Assembly (NCBI GenBank): GCA_028873795.1 | Contig: JAPPNP010000022.1 | Location: 29,462 to 93,461 of the forward strand | Direction of reading: 5' to 3' | Length of the DNA stretch: 64,000 nucleotides | Source: Chloroflexota bacterium | GTDB lineage: Bacteria > Chloroflexota > UBA11872 | Shown: in pieces, positions 1 through 9,654 of the stretch | Position numbering within the stretch: position 1 is the stretch's first letter | How the letters are laid out: every line of letters begins with the position of its first letter | Program-made: the position numbers and the translations under genes | The notes under the pieces: generated by a model | What the model was told of the DNA's origin: nothing | Database searches by the model: none | What the model saw: the letters and a program-made list of their open reading frames with translations, nothing else

Positions 1-29
1 GCTGGTGGAAGCCTCCTGACGCGCCCGCG

Positions 30-809
30 ATGCCGCGCATTCGCCTGATTCACTGGAATGCCGCCGAGGCCGCGGAGCGGGCGGCGCGGCTGGCGCAGGG
101 CGGTTGGGAGGTCGAGCACGCGCCCCTCGACCCGTCGGGGCTGCGGGCGCTGCGCGCCGATCCACCGGATGCCGTCGTGATCGATCTTAGCCGGCTGCCG
201 TCGCATGGGCGCGACCTGGGCGCGGCGCTGCGGCAGACCAAGGCCACGAGGGGGATTCCCCTGGTGTTCGTGGATGGCGATCCGACGAAGGTCGCCCGCG
301 TGCGCGAGCTGCTGCCGGACGCCACCTTTGCCGGCTGGCCGGGTTTGCACGAGGCGTTGGCGCTGGCGCTGGCGCATCCGCCGGCGGACCCGGTCGTTCC
401 CGCCTCGAGCCTGGCGGGCTACTCGGGCACGCCGCTGCCGCGCAAGCTCGGCATCAAGGCCGGCTACGCGGTGGCGCTGCTGACCGCGCCGGACGATTTC
501 GAGCAGACGCTGGGCGAGCTGCCGCCAGAGGTGACGCTGCGCCGCCGCGCGCAGGGGCGCTGCGACCTCATCGTGTGGTTCGTCGGCTCGCGTCGCGACT
601 TGAAGCGGCGCGTTGCGCGCTACGGGGCCAGGGCCGGCGCGGGCGGGCTCTGGATCTGCTGGCCCAAGAAGGCCTCAGGCGTAGTGTCCGACCTGTCCGA
701 GCGCGTGGTTCGGGAAACCGGATTGGCGCAAGGCCTGGTGGACTACAAGATCGCGTCCATCGACCGGACCTGGTCGGGCCTGCGCTTCACGCGCCGCAAG
801 TCCCGCTGA
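30..809 (+). CDS. DUF3052-like protein with degenerate receiver-like N-terminal domain
   Basis: 259-aa ORF. The C-terminal half (LGIKAGYAVALL...DLIVWFV...LWICWPKK...LVDYKIASIDRTWSGL) matches the DUF3052 pattern as I remember it. The N-terminus has a CheY-like alternating fold (VVIDLSRL) but lacks the acidic pair. Confidence 0.55.
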   Translation: MPRIRLIHWNAAEAAERAARLAQGGWEVEHAPLDPSGLRALRADPPDAVVIDLSRLPSHGRDLGAALRQTKATRGIPLVFVDGDPTKVARVRELLPDATFAGWPGLHEALALALAHPPADPVVPASSLAGYSGTPLPRKLGIKAGYAVALLTAPDDFEQTLGELPPEVTLRRRAQGRCDLIVWFVGSRRDLKRRVARYGARAGAGGLWICWPKKASGVVSDLSERVVRETGLAQGLVDYKIASIDRTWSGLRFTRRKSR

Positions 810-820
810 CGTCGCCGCGG

Positions 821-2002
821 CTAGTCGGGCCGCGGCCAGGGATGCTCGGCGATTGCCGCCTCGTCGAGGTCCGTGCCCCAGCCGGGCGCGTTCGGAATTT
901 TCATGTGGCCGTCGGCGATCTCGGGCAGCGCGGTGACGATTTCGTCGCGCCAGGGCGCCGAGTCCACGTCGACCTCCATCATCGCCAGGTTGGACACGCA
1001 GGCGCTCCACTGCGCGGCGATGAAGGTCGCGAGGTGGCTGTAGTAGTTGTGGGGCGCCACATTGGTCTCGTAGGTCGCGGCGAGCGTGGCGATCTCCACC
1101 GACTGCGCCAGGCCGTTCCACGGCACGTCGATGATGGCGACGTCGACCGCGTGCGCCTCCAGGAACGGCAGGAAGTCACGCACGGTGTTGAGGCTCTCGA
1201 GTGAGGCCAGCGGCATGGGCGCGGCGTCGCGGATGTCGCGCAGCGCGGCCGGGTCGTACATGTCGATCTCGATCCAGCGCAGGTCGAACGGCTCGAGCGC
1301 CCGCACGAGCTTGATGCAGGCCTCGGGGCGAAAGCGGAAGTTCAGGTCGAGACAGATGTCGACGCGCGGGCCGACGGCCTCGCGCAGCGTGCCGATCAGC
1401 CGCACCGCCGTGTCGAGCGTGTCGCGGTCGAGGTTGGCGTCCCCCCGGGTCCAGAAGTTCGCCGGCTCGCCCGGCGCGAAGATGTTGGTCTTGAGCGCCG
1501 TGTAGCCGCGGCGCACCGCCTCGCGGCCCAGCTCGGCGACGTCGTCCCAGGTCCGCAGCGGCGGGGCGCCGAGAATCTCCGGGCTGCGGGCGCGGTAGCT
1601 GCCGAAGTGCGACCAATAGAGCCGCACCCGGTCGCGGGTGGGACCTCCGAGAAGCCGGTGCACGGGCACGCCCAGCGCCTTGCCCTGGATGTCCCACAGC
1701 GCCAGCTCGATGCCGGCGATGCTCTTGGTCAGCAGCCCGCCCAGGTTCTGCTGCGTGTGGCGGCTGAGGTCGCGCACGATGGCGCGGATGGCGCCAGGAT
1801 CGCGCCCGACCACCAGCGGAGCCAGGTCGCGAATGCCGCCGGCCAGCGCGTGCGCCCCGCGCCAGTCGGTGCACTCGCCGTAGCCGGTGATGCCGGCGTC
1901 GGTGGTGACCTTGACGAAGGTCCAGGCCGTCCAGCCGGCGTCGCATTGCAGCGGCTCGACCGCGGTGACCCTCATTGGGGCTTCGTCCCCCGACTGCTGC
2001 AA
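821..2002 (-). CDS. enolase-superfamily enzyme (mandelate racemase / muconate lactonizing family, sugar-acid dehydratase-like)
   Basis: 393 aa. N-terminal capping domain plus TIM-barrel-like motifs (KTNIF..., DxNxxF, acidic metal ligands), typical of the MR/MLE family. The start could be the internal MRVTAVEPL at 1975. Confidence 0.8.
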   Translation of the reverse strand: MQQSGDEAPMRVTAVEPLQCDAGWTAWTFVKVTTDAGITGYGECTDWRGAHALAGGIRDLAPLVVGRDPGAIRAIVRDLSRHTQQNLGGLLTKSIAGIELALWDIQGKALGVPVHRLLGGPTRDRVRLYWSHFGSYRARSPEILGAPPLRTWDDVAELGREAVRRGYTALKTNIFAPGEPANFWTRGDANLDRDTLDTAVRLIGTLREAVGPRVDICLDLNFRFRPEACIKLVRALEPFDLRWIEIDMYDPAALRDIRDAAPMPLASLESLNTVRDFLPFLEAHAVDVAIIDVPWNGLAQSVEIATLAATYETNVAPHNYYSHLATFIAAQWSACVSNLAMMEVDVDSAPWRDEIVTALPEIADGHMKIPNAPGWGTDLDEAAIAEHPWPRPD

Positions 2003-2021
2003 AACGTGCCCTCGGCCACCG

Positions 2022-2753
2022 CTACCACTCCATCCCGTGCTCGCGCAGGCTCACGAAGTTGGGCGGGTCGGTCGGACCGCGGGCGATCACCAGGTGGTCC
2101 AAGACTTCGACGCCGAGGAGCTTGCCGGCCTCTGCAGCCGTGCGCGTGAGCTTGGCGTCGTCGTCAGACGGCGAGGGATCGCCCGACGGGTGGTTGTGCG
2201 CCAGGATCACCGCGGGACAGTCCCGCCGCACGGCGTCCCGAAACACGTCCGCCATGCTTGCGCCCACGGTGTTGACCCGGCCCTCGGCGATCGGCGCCAC
2301 ATCCATCATGCGATGCCGTCCGTCGAGCAGGACGACTTGCAGCGTCTCGCGCGGCAGCGCGGCCATGCGCGGCGCCAGGATGCGCGCGGCGTCCTCCGGG
2401 CTGCGGATTTCGGGGCGCTCGTCCAGGGGCTCGCGTTGGAGCCGACGCCCGAGCTGCAGCGCCGCCTTGATCTGCACCGCCTTCGCGCGGCCGATGCCGT
2501 GGTGCGTGCACAGCTCGGCCACGCTTGCATTCTCGAGCGCCGACAAACCGCCCATTTCAGAAAGCAGCGACTGGGCGAGCTCGACGGCGCTGCCGCGGTC
2601 GGACCCGACGCGCAAGATGATGGCCAGCAGCTCGGCCTCGCTCAGCGCCTCGGCGCCGTCCTGGGCCAGCCGTTCGCGCGGACGGCTGCCGGCGGCCATG
2701 TCGCGAATCCGAACGCTGTAGCCCGGTCGCTGGTCGTCGGGCCGGGCGTCCAT
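2022..2753 (-). CDS. radC: RadC-like JAB-domain protein
   Basis: The tail of the long 2022..3521 ORF. ATG at rc 2751-2753 gives ~244 aa with a HhH region and the JAMM motif (ILAHNHPSGDPSPSDDD). The upstream part of that ORF is a frame artefact overlapping the gamma-CA gene. Confidence 0.85.
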   Translation of the reverse strand: MDARPDDQRPGYSVRIRDMAAGSRPRERLAQDGAEALSEAELLAIILRVGSDRGSAVELAQSLLSEMGGLSALENASVAELCTHHGIGRAKAVQIKAALQLGRRLQREPLDERPEIRSPEDAARILAPRMAALPRETLQVVLLDGRHRMMDVAPIAEGRVNTVGASMADVFRDAVRRDCPAVILAHNHPSGDPSPSDDDAKLTRTAAEAGKLLGVEVLDHLVIARGPTDPPNFVSLREHGMEW

Positions 2754-2761
2754 CCGGCGGA

Positions 2762-3586
2762 TCAGCCCGCCGCGGTGTCGTGACCGGCGTCGCGCTCGTC
2801 GGCCGCCAGCGCGCGATATTCGGCCGCCCGCTCGATGATCAGGTGCTCGACTTCCTCCGCGGTTACCTCGCGCATCGGCCGCGCGGGCACGCCGACGAGC
2901 AAGGAGCCCTCGGGGAACTCCTTGTTCTCCGGCACCAGCGCGGCGGCGCCGACGACCGAGTGGCGGCGCACGTGCGCCCCGCTGAGCACCGTCGACTGGA
3001 TGCCGATGAGGCACTCGTCCTCGATGGTGCAGGCGTGCAGCACGGCCATGTGTCCCACGGTGACGTCGGCGCCGATGCGCAGCGCCACGCCGGGGTCGAC
3101 GTGCAGCACACAGCCGTCCTGGATGTTCGAGCCCGCGCCGATGATGACCGGCGCAATGTCGGCGCGGATCACCGTGTTGAACCACACGCTGGCGCCGTCC
3201 CCGAGGCGAACGTCGCCGATGAGCTTGGCCCCGGGCGCGACGAAGGCGCCGCGGCCGATGGTGGGCGCCTTCCCGTTGATCGCCAGGAGGCTGGGGACGG
3301 TCTCCGCCGCGGGCGCCGGGGCCATGTCCCGCAGCAGCACTTCTTCTTGCAGCGCGCGCAGGTAGGCGTCGTCGAGGGATTCGCGGGGCCGCAGGATCAG
3401 ATAGAGCACCGCGCCGAACGGCCCGAGCAGCAGCACCATCAGGGTGGCGAACATGCGGACGTAGAGGTCCTGGGTGCGCCGGCCGATGTCGTAGTGGGCC
3501 CAGATGGCGCCGGCAATCCACGCCGCCGCGGCGAAGGCGGCGGCCAGCGCCAGCGCCACGGTGATCCCGCGGCCGAGCGGCTCCAC
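2762..3586 (-). CDS. fusion protein: PLDc_N-type small membrane domain + gamma-carbonic anhydrase/hexapeptide-repeat (YrdA/PaaY-like) domain
   Basis: N-terminal 70 aa contain two TM helices with the D..R...W..L...P..G...Y...RP pattern of the PLD-nuclease N-terminal domain. The C-terminus (GAFVAPGAKLIGDVRLGDGASVWFNTVIRADIAPVIIGAGSNIQDGCVLH) is a canonical left-handed beta-helix gamma-CA family domain. GTG start, with AGGA 9 nt upstream. Confidence 0.75.
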   Translation of the reverse strand: MEPLGRGITVALALAAAFAAAAWIAGAIWAHYDIGRRTQDLYVRMFATLMVLLLGPFGAVLYLILRPRESLDDAYLRALQEEVLLRDMAPAPAAETVPSLLAINGKAPTIGRGAFVAPGAKLIGDVRLGDGASVWFNTVIRADIAPVIIGAGSNIQDGCVLHVDPGVALRIGADVTVGHMAVLHACTIEDECLIGIQSTVLSGAHVRRHSVVGAAALVPENKEFPEGSLLVGVPARPMREVTAEEVEHLIIERAAEYRALAADERDAGHDTAAG

Positions 3587-3637
3587 GCTAGGTTGTCCTG
3601 GGCCCGAGAGGCATGCCCGATTGTAGAGGCGGCCGGC

Positions 3638-4702
3638 TCATGCGGTCGGGGCGCGAATCTGGTGCAGCACGTCGCGCACGATCGTGGGGTCCACGTGGTG
3701 CCCCGGACTGGCCGCGCCAATGCGCTCGGCCAGCACCCACTGCACGCGTCCGCCGCGCACTTTCTTGTCCCGCTGCATCGCCCCCAGCAGCTCGTCGGGC
3801 GCGGCGGTGGCGTAGGTTTGCGGCAGGCCGACGCGCCGGAGCAGCGCGCGCTGCCGATCAGCGTCGGCCGGCGTCATGTTCCCCGCGCGGACGCTAATCG
3901 CCGCGGCCCCACGCATGCCGATGGCCACCGCCTCGCCGTGCCGGTAGGTCCCGTAGCCACCAACGGTTTCGAGGGCGTGGGCGATGGTGTGCCCATAGTT
4001 GAGCACGGCGCGGGCGCCGCGGTCGTGCGGGTCCTCGTCCACGACGCGCGCCTTCCACCGCACGCAGCGCGTCACCAGATCTTCCAGCAGCGCGGGATCG
4101 TCGATCGCGTCCGCGTGTCGCTCGATCAGCTCGAACATGTCGGCGTCCAAGATCACCGCCGTCTTGATCACTTCGGCGTAATCGGCCACGAGCTGCGCCC
4201 GCGGAAGGGTGGCCAGCAGGTCGGGGTCGATCACGCTCCGCCGCGCCGGGTAGAACGCGCCGACGAGGTTCTTGCCGGACGCCAAGTCCACCCCCACTTT
4301 GCCGCCGACGCTGCTGTCGATCTGCGCCAGCAGGGTCGTCGGCACCTGGATGAGTGGGACCCCGCGCAGGTAGGTGGCGGCCACGAATCCGGCGAGGTCG
4401 CCCACCACGCCGCCGCCCAGGGCGATGATGGGGTCGCCGCGCTCGGCGCCACGCTCCGCCAGCCAGCGCCACAGCTCGCCTGCCGCCGCGACGGACTTGC
4501 TGGGCTCGCCGGGGGCGACGGCTCGGCTCGTGACGGCCACGCCGTCCCGCGCCAGTCCCGCGACGATGCGCTCACCGTGCAGCCGCATCACGGTGCGGTC
4601 GGCGATCACCCACGCCCGCGGCGGCAAGCCTTCCTGGTCCAGCACCCGCGCCAGCCGGCCGCTGGCGCCGCGCTCGATTTGGATCTGCGCCATGGTGTCC
4701 AT
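3638..4702 (-). CDS. aroB: 3-dehydroquinate synthase
   Basis: 354 aa. Has the GGGVVGDLAGFVAATYLRGVP nucleotide loop, the metal-binding His residues, and is collinear with AroB. Its start overlaps the aroK stop by 1 nt. Confidence 0.9.
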   Translation of the reverse strand: MDTMAQIQIERGASGRLARVLDQEGLPPRAWVIADRTVMRLHGERIVAGLARDGVAVTSRAVAPGEPSKSVAAAGELWRWLAERGAERGDPIIALGGGVVGDLAGFVAATYLRGVPLIQVPTTLLAQIDSSVGGKVGVDLASGKNLVGAFYPARRSVIDPDLLATLPRAQLVADYAEVIKTAVILDADMFELIERHADAIDDPALLEDLVTRCVRWKARVVDEDPHDRGARAVLNYGHTIAHALETVGGYGTYRHGEAVAIGMRGAAAISVRAGNMTPADADRQRALLRRVGLPQTYATAAPDELLGAMQRDKKVRGGRVQWVLAERIGAASPGHHVDPTIVRDVLHQIRAPTA

Positions 4703-5245
4703 CAGGCCGGGCTCGAGGCCTTCGCCGCGCGCACCTCGGCGGCCAGCGCGTCGGCGACTTCGGCCACCGAGCGCCGGTCGGTGTCGAGGTGCACGTGGGC
4801 CTGCCGGTAGGCGGCCTCGCGCGCCGCGATCAGGTCGGCGAGTCGGCGACGCGGGTCGTCGCCGAGCATGGGCCGCGGCTCGTCGGCCAGCTTGGCTTGC
4901 AGGCGGTCGGCGGCGACGTCCGGGCTGACCTGCAGCCAGGCGACAAGCCCCCGGTCGAGCAGCCGCTCCCGGGTCAACGCGTCGGCCATGGCGCCGCCCC
5001 CCAGCGCCCCGACGGCGCAGGGCCGGTCGCTCAACGCGTCCACCACGTCACGCTCCAGGGCGCGGAAGGCCGGCTCCCCGTCTTGGGTGAAGATCTGCGG
5101 GATCGACCGGCCGTCGCGCGCCGTGATCTCCACATCGCTGTCCCAGGCGCTCCAGCCGAGTCGAGCCGCGGCGGCCGCCGCGACGGACGATTTGCCGGCG
5201 CCGCTCATGCCCACGAGGAACAGCCGATCCGCGGGGCGGCGGGTG
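4702..5245 (-). CDS. aroK: shikimate kinase
   Basis: P-loop GMSGAGKSS and shikimate-kinase-like core. Best start is GTG (rc 5243-5245), immediately after the aroC stop at 5247-5249. The longer ORF 4702..5406 overlaps aroC and is an artefact. Confidence 0.85.
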
Positions 5246-5246
5246 C

Positions 5247-6431
5247 TCACGTGGCGGCAGGGGCCGCCCGGGAGGCCGCCCGCTGCGCGCGCACGGCCGC
5301 CGCGATGTCGGGCATGTTGTCCCCGCCGAACTTCTCGAGCAGCGCGTCGGCCAGCACCAGCGCCACCATGGCCTCGCCGATCACGCCGGCCGCGGGCACG
5401 ACGCACACGTCCGAGCGTTCGAAATGGGCCTGGGTGCGCTTCAGGGTCTTGACGTCGACGGTCTGCAGCGGCGTGCGCATGGTCGAGATGGGCTTGAGGG
5501 CGCCGCGGACGATCAGCGGCTGCCCGTTGGTCATACCGCCCTCGGTGCCCCCGGCGCGATTGCTCAGGCGGGTCCAGCCGCGCGCCTGGGTGCGGTCGAT
5601 CTCGTCGTGCACGTCGTGGCCGCGGCGCGCGGTGTTGTCGAAGGCGCTGCCGATCTCCACGCCCTTGACGGCATTGATGCTCAGGATGGCTTGCGCCAGG
5701 CGCCCGTCGAGCTTGCGGTCCCAGTGCACGTGACTGCCAAGCCCGATGGGCAAGCCCCAGGCCACGACCTCGAAGACGCCGCCGAGGGTCGAGCCGGCCT
5801 CCCGCGCAGCGTCGATGGCTTCGATCATGGCGTCGGCGCGCTCGGGGGTGACGGCGCGTACGGGCGAGGCCTCGACCTCCTCCCAGGGCCAGGACTCCGG
5901 CTGCAACGGGTCGAGGTCCGGCGTGTCGTCGACCGGACCGACGCGCGCCGCGCGGCTGCGGATCTCGACGCCGGCGGTGGCCAGCAGCCGCCGCGCCACG
6001 GCGCCGGCGGCGACCCGCGAGGTCGTCTCGCGTGCGCTGGAGCGCTCCAGGATATTGCGCAGGTCGTCGGTGCCGTATTTGACCATGCCCGCCAGGTCGG
6101 CGTGACCCGGCCGCGGCTTGGTGACCGGTGGGATCTCGCCGTCGATCGGCTCGACCGACATTTTTTCTTGCCAGTTGGCCCAGTCGCGGTTCTCGATGAG
6201 CAAGGCCACCGGGCTGCCCAGCGTGCGGCCGTGGCGCACGCCGCTGCGGATGGTGACCTGATCGCGCTCGATCTGCATGCGCCCGCCGCGACCGTAGCCG
6301 CCCTGCCGGCGCGCCAGATCGGGATTGATATCGCCTGCCGAAAGGGCAAGGCCGAACGGCAACCCCTCGACGATGACGGTCAGTCCGGGGCCGTGCGACT
6401 CGCCGGCGGTGAGAAAACGAAGGCGTCCCAT
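5247..6431 (-). CDS. aroC: chorismate synthase
   Basis: 394 aa starting MGRLRFLTAGESHGPGLTVIVEGLP, with RRQGGYGRGGRMQIERD. These are textbook AroC signature motifs. Confidence 0.95.
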   Translation of the reverse strand: MGRLRFLTAGESHGPGLTVIVEGLPFGLALSAGDINPDLARRQGGYGRGGRMQIERDQVTIRSGVRHGRTLGSPVALLIENRDWANWQEKMSVEPIDGEIPPVTKPRPGHADLAGMVKYGTDDLRNILERSSARETTSRVAAGAVARRLLATAGVEIRSRAARVGPVDDTPDLDPLQPESWPWEEVEASPVRAVTPERADAMIEAIDAAREAGSTLGGVFEVVAWGLPIGLGSHVHWDRKLDGRLAQAILSINAVKGVEIGSAFDNTARRGHDVHDEIDRTQARGWTRLSNRAGGTEGGMTNGQPLIVRGALKPISTMRTPLQTVDVKTLKRTQAHFERSDVCVVPAAGVIGEAMVALVLADALLEKFGGDNMPDIAAAVRAQRAASRAAPAAT

Positions 6432-6435
6432 GGTG

Positions 6436-7299
6436 TCAGGCCCCTGACGCGGCCAGCGCGTGGCGGGCAGCCTCCATCATAGTGCCCACGGGCGCGGGCC
6501 GACCCAGCCACCGCTCGAGGCTGGCGGCGCCCTGCACGACCAACATTTCCAGTCCACCGAGCACGCGGCAGCCGGTGGACCGCGCCTGCGCCAGCAGGGG
6601 CGTCTCCGCGGGGCGGTACACGATGTCGCAGACGAAGAGGCCGTCGTGCAGCCACGCGGGCGGCAGCGGCGAGGCCTGGGGGTCGGGTCCGCCGGCCATG
6701 CCGAGGCTGGTGGCGTTCACCAGCAAGGCGGCGCCGCGCAGCTCGCGCCGCAGGGCTGGATCGTCGAGGCCGCAACTGGCGATCCCCATGGGCTGGCCGT
6801 CCAAAGCGTCCGCCAACGCGTCGGCGCGGTCGCGGCGCCGGTTGGCCAGCGTAAGGTGCGCGACCCCGAGGTCGGCCAGCGCCCAGGCCACGGCGCGGCC
6901 GGCGCCGCCGGCGCCCAGCAGCACGGCGCGCGCGCCGGCCGGATCGAAGCCGCCGTGCTCGGTGAGCGCGCGCGCAAAGCCCTCCACATCGGTGTTGTCG
7001 CCGATGAGGCGGTCGTCGCGCGCGTCGACCGTGTTCACGGCCTCCAGACGTTCGGCCGCTGGCGTACGCACGTCGACCAGCTCGGCTACGCGCAGCTTGT
7101 GCGGGATGGTGACGTTGAGCCCGCGCCACTCGCCCCGGCGGGCGGCGCGCAGTCGATTTTCGAGGTCCTCGGGCGGCGTCGGGAGAGCCTCGTAGACCGC
7201 CGCGACGCCCAGGGCGTCCAGCGCCGCCTGCTGAAACACGGGCGATAAGGTATGCCCCAGGGGCCAGCCGATCACGCCGAAGCGGAGGGGGTGGCTCAT
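6436..7299 (-). CDS. aroE: shikimate dehydrogenase
   Basis: MSHPLRFGVIGWPLGHTLSP followed by NVTIPHK and the Rossmann GAGGAGRAVAWAL. ATG at rc 7297-7299 overlaps the aroA stop (ATGA). Confidence 0.85.
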   Translation of the reverse strand: MSHPLRFGVIGWPLGHTLSPVFQQAALDALGVAAVYEALPTPPEDLENRLRAARRGEWRGLNVTIPHKLRVAELVDVRTPAAERLEAVNTVDARDDRLIGDNTDVEGFARALTEHGGFDPAGARAVLLGAGGAGRAVAWALADLGVAHLTLANRRRDRADALADALDGQPMGIASCGLDDPALRRELRGAALLVNATSLGMAGGPDPQASPLPPAWLHDGLFVCDIVYRPAETPLLAQARSTGCRVLGGLEMLVVQGAASLERWLGRPAPVGTMMEAARHALAASGA

Positions 7300-8588
7300 T
7301 CGCTGAGGGCGGCCAGATCGTCCCAAAAGCCGGGATACGACACGGCGGCGCTGTCGGCGTCGTCGATGGTGACGGGCCCGTCGCCGGTCAAGGCGGCGGC
7401 GGCCGCCAACATGGCGATGCGGTGATCGCCGGCCGCGTCGACGCGGCCGGCGCCGACGCGTTGGCCCCCAGGGGTCACGAAGCCGTCGGGCTGCTCATCA
7501 ACCTCGACGCCAAGCGCGGCGAGCGCGGCGGCCGTGGTGCGCAGCCGGTTCGATTCCTTGGCGGCCAGCTCGGCGGCGTCGCGGAGCCGGGACTCGCCGG
7601 CGGCGTGTGCCGCCAGCAGCGCCACGAGCGGCGCCTCGTCGATGAGCCGCGGAATGAGGTCGCCGCCGGCGTCGGCGGCGCGCAGGGGCGACGATCGGGC
7701 CACCACGGTTCCGACCGGCTCGGGCTCGCGACGCTCGATCTCGACCGTGACGTCGGCCCGCATGGCGCGCAGCACGTCCAGCAGGCCGGTTCGCAGCGGA
7801 TTGAGGCCCACGTCGCGGATCGTGATGGCGGCGTCGGGATGCGCCACGGCCGCCGCGATCCAAAAGGCGGCCGCCGAGAAGTCCCCCGGAATGTCCAGAT
7901 CGAGGGGCGCCAGCGGCCCGTTGGGGACACAGCGGACGGCGGCGCCGCAGGACGTGACGCCGGCGCCCTGCGCCCGCAGCATGCGCTCCGTGTGGTCGCG
8001 CGACGGCGCCGGCTGCTCGAGCGATGTCGGCCCCTCGGCTTGCTGTGCGGCGAGCAGCACGGCCGACTTCACCTGCGCGCTGGCCACCGGCGATTGCAGA
8101 CGGGCTCCGCCCAAGTTGGCCGGCGCGAAGGCCATCGGGGCGCGGGTGTCGTCGGCGCGGGCGTGGATGTGGGCGCCCAAGGCGCGCAACGGCTCGATCA
8201 CCCGCCGCATCGGGCGGCGGCGCAGCGAATCGTCGCCGGAAACGAATGAATGAAAGGACCGGCCCGCAAGAATGCCGCTGACCAGGCGCAGCGTGGTGCC
8301 GCTGTTGCCGCACCACAGCACGTCGGCCGGCTCGGACAGGCCCGAGAATCCGCGGCCGCGGACTACCAGCTCGTCACCGTGCACCCCGTGAGGCACGCCC
8401 AGGGCCGCGACGACGCCGGCCGTGGCCTGCGTGTCGGCGCCGATCCCCGGTCGGCGGAAGCGCGAATCCCCGTGTCCAATCGCCCCCAGCAGATAGGCCC
8501 GGTGGGTGATGGACTTGTCGCCCGGCACGCGCAGCTCGCCGCGCAGACGGCACGCCGGATGGACGACGCGGGTGCGCGCCGGCGGCAT
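7296..8588 (-). CDS. aroA: 3-phosphoshikimate 1-carboxyvinyltransferase (EPSP synthase)
   Basis: 430 aa from MPPARTRVVHP...LRGELRVPGDKSITHRAYLLGAIGHG. The 70-aa upstream extension in the ORF track is R/G-rich and overlaps the DAHP synthase gene, so I reject it. Confidence 0.9.
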   Translation of the reverse strand: MPPARTRVVHPACRLRGELRVPGDKSITHRAYLLGAIGHGDSRFRRPGIGADTQATAGVVAALGVPHGVHGDELVVRGRGFSGLSEPADVLWCGNSGTTLRLVSGILAGRSFHSFVSGDDSLRRRPMRRVIEPLRALGAHIHARADDTRAPMAFAPANLGGARLQSPVASAQVKSAVLLAAQQAEGPTSLEQPAPSRDHTERMLRAQGAGVTSCGAAVRCVPNGPLAPLDLDIPGDFSAAAFWIAAAVAHPDAAITIRDVGLNPLRTGLLDVLRAMRADVTVEIERREPEPVGTVVARSSPLRAADAGGDLIPRLIDEAPLVALLAAHAAGESRLRDAAELAAKESNRLRTTAAALAALGVEVDEQPDGFVTPGGQRVGAGRVDAAGDHRIAMLAAAAALTGDGPVTIDDADSAAVSYPGFWDDLAALSE

Positions 8589-9625
8589 CAGGTCACCGCA
8601 GCGGCGGCAGCCGGCACCGGGCGGCCCAGCGCCTGCGCCATCGGCACGAGCTTGCCCATGAGCTGGGTGAAATGCTCCAGGCTGAGACTCTGCGCCCCGT
8701 CGATGAGGGCCGTGTCCGGCGAGGGGTGCACCTCGAGCAGCACACCGTCGGCGCCGGCGGCGACCGCGGCCAGGGTCATGGACTCCACCATGTGCCACTT
8801 GCCCGTGCCCTGCGACGGATCGACGACGATGGGCAGGTGGGTGGCGCGTCGCAGCAGCGGCACCGCGTTGAGATCGAGCGTGAAGCGCGACTCGGTTTCA
8901 AAGGTGCGGATGCCGCGCTCGCACAGCAGCACGTTCGGATTGCCCGCCGCCAGGATGTACTCGGCGCACATGATCCACTCTTCGATGGTGTTGCCCATGC
9001 CGCGCTTGAGCAGCACCGGCGTCTCCAGGCGGCCCACCTCGTTGAGCAGCGGGTAGTTCTGGGCGTTGCGGGTGCCGATTTGGAGGATGTCGGCGATGCC
9101 GGCGACTTCCTCGACCTGCCGCGGATCGAGAATCTCGGTGATGACGGGCAGGCCGGTGAGCGCCTTGGCTTCCTCGAGCAGCCGCAGGCCCTCGGCGCCC
9201 ATCCCCTGGAAGCTGTAGGGCGAGCTGCGCGGTTTGAAGGCCCCGCCGCGCAGGATGTGCGCGCCCTGCGCCGCGACATGCCGGGCCGTGGTCAGCAGTT
9301 GCTCGCGGCTCTCGACCGTGCACGGGCCCGCCATGACGGCGACCGAGCCGTCGCCGATCGTCACGCCGCCGACGCTGATGCTGGTGCGCGCCTGCCCGTC
9401 GCGCTGCGCCGCCAGCTTGTAGGGCGCGCCGACCGGCATGGCGGTCTCGACCCCCGGCATGCGCTGGATCTGCTGCAGCAGCTCGGGCGGGCGGTGGCCG
9501 ATCACCGCGATCACGGTCTTCTCGACGCCGTAGAGCATCCGCGTTTCCAAGCCCTCGGCGCGAATACGCCCGGCGACGGCTTCGATCTGGTCACCGGAGG
9601 CCTGTTTGGCCAAAACGACAATCAT
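8588..9625 (-). CDS. 3-deoxy-7-phosphoheptulonate synthase, type I-beta with N-terminal ferredoxin-like regulatory domain
   Basis: 345 aa from MIVVLAKQ, matching the Thermotoga/Bacillus DAH7PS N-terminus MIVVL. KDO8PS/DAH7PS barrel motifs present (GPCTVES, LRGGAFKPRSSPYSFQG, GERG). A strong SD (GAAGGAGAA) lies 7 nt upstream of ATG rc 9623-9625. Confidence 0.9.
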   Translation of the reverse strand: MIVVLAKQASGDQIEAVAGRIRAEGLETRMLYGVEKTVIAVIGHRPPELLQQIQRMPGVETAMPVGAPYKLAAQRDGQARTSISVGGVTIGDGSVAVMAGPCTVESREQLLTTARHVAAQGAHILRGGAFKPRSSPYSFQGMGAEGLRLLEEAKALTGLPVITEILDPRQVEEVAGIADILQIGTRNAQNYPLLNEVGRLETPVLLKRGMGNTIEEWIMCAEYILAAGNPNVLLCERGIRTFETESRFTLDLNAVPLLRRATHLPIVVDPSQGTGKWHMVESMTLAAVAAGADGVLLEVHPSPDTALIDGAQSLSLEHFTQLMGKLVPMAQALGRPVPAAAAAVT

Positions 9626-9654
9626 GGTCGGGTTCTCCTTCGCGGGAATTCGGG

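Noticed and set aside
8589-8798. 70-aa N-terminal extension of aroA in the ORF track (and similar extensions on aroK, DAHP synthase, creatininase, hisG and the ABC-2 permease)
   Set aside because: The extensions are R/G-rich, overlap upstream genes, and start before well-conserved N-termini. Internal starts giving canonical protein lengths and start/stop coupling are preferred.
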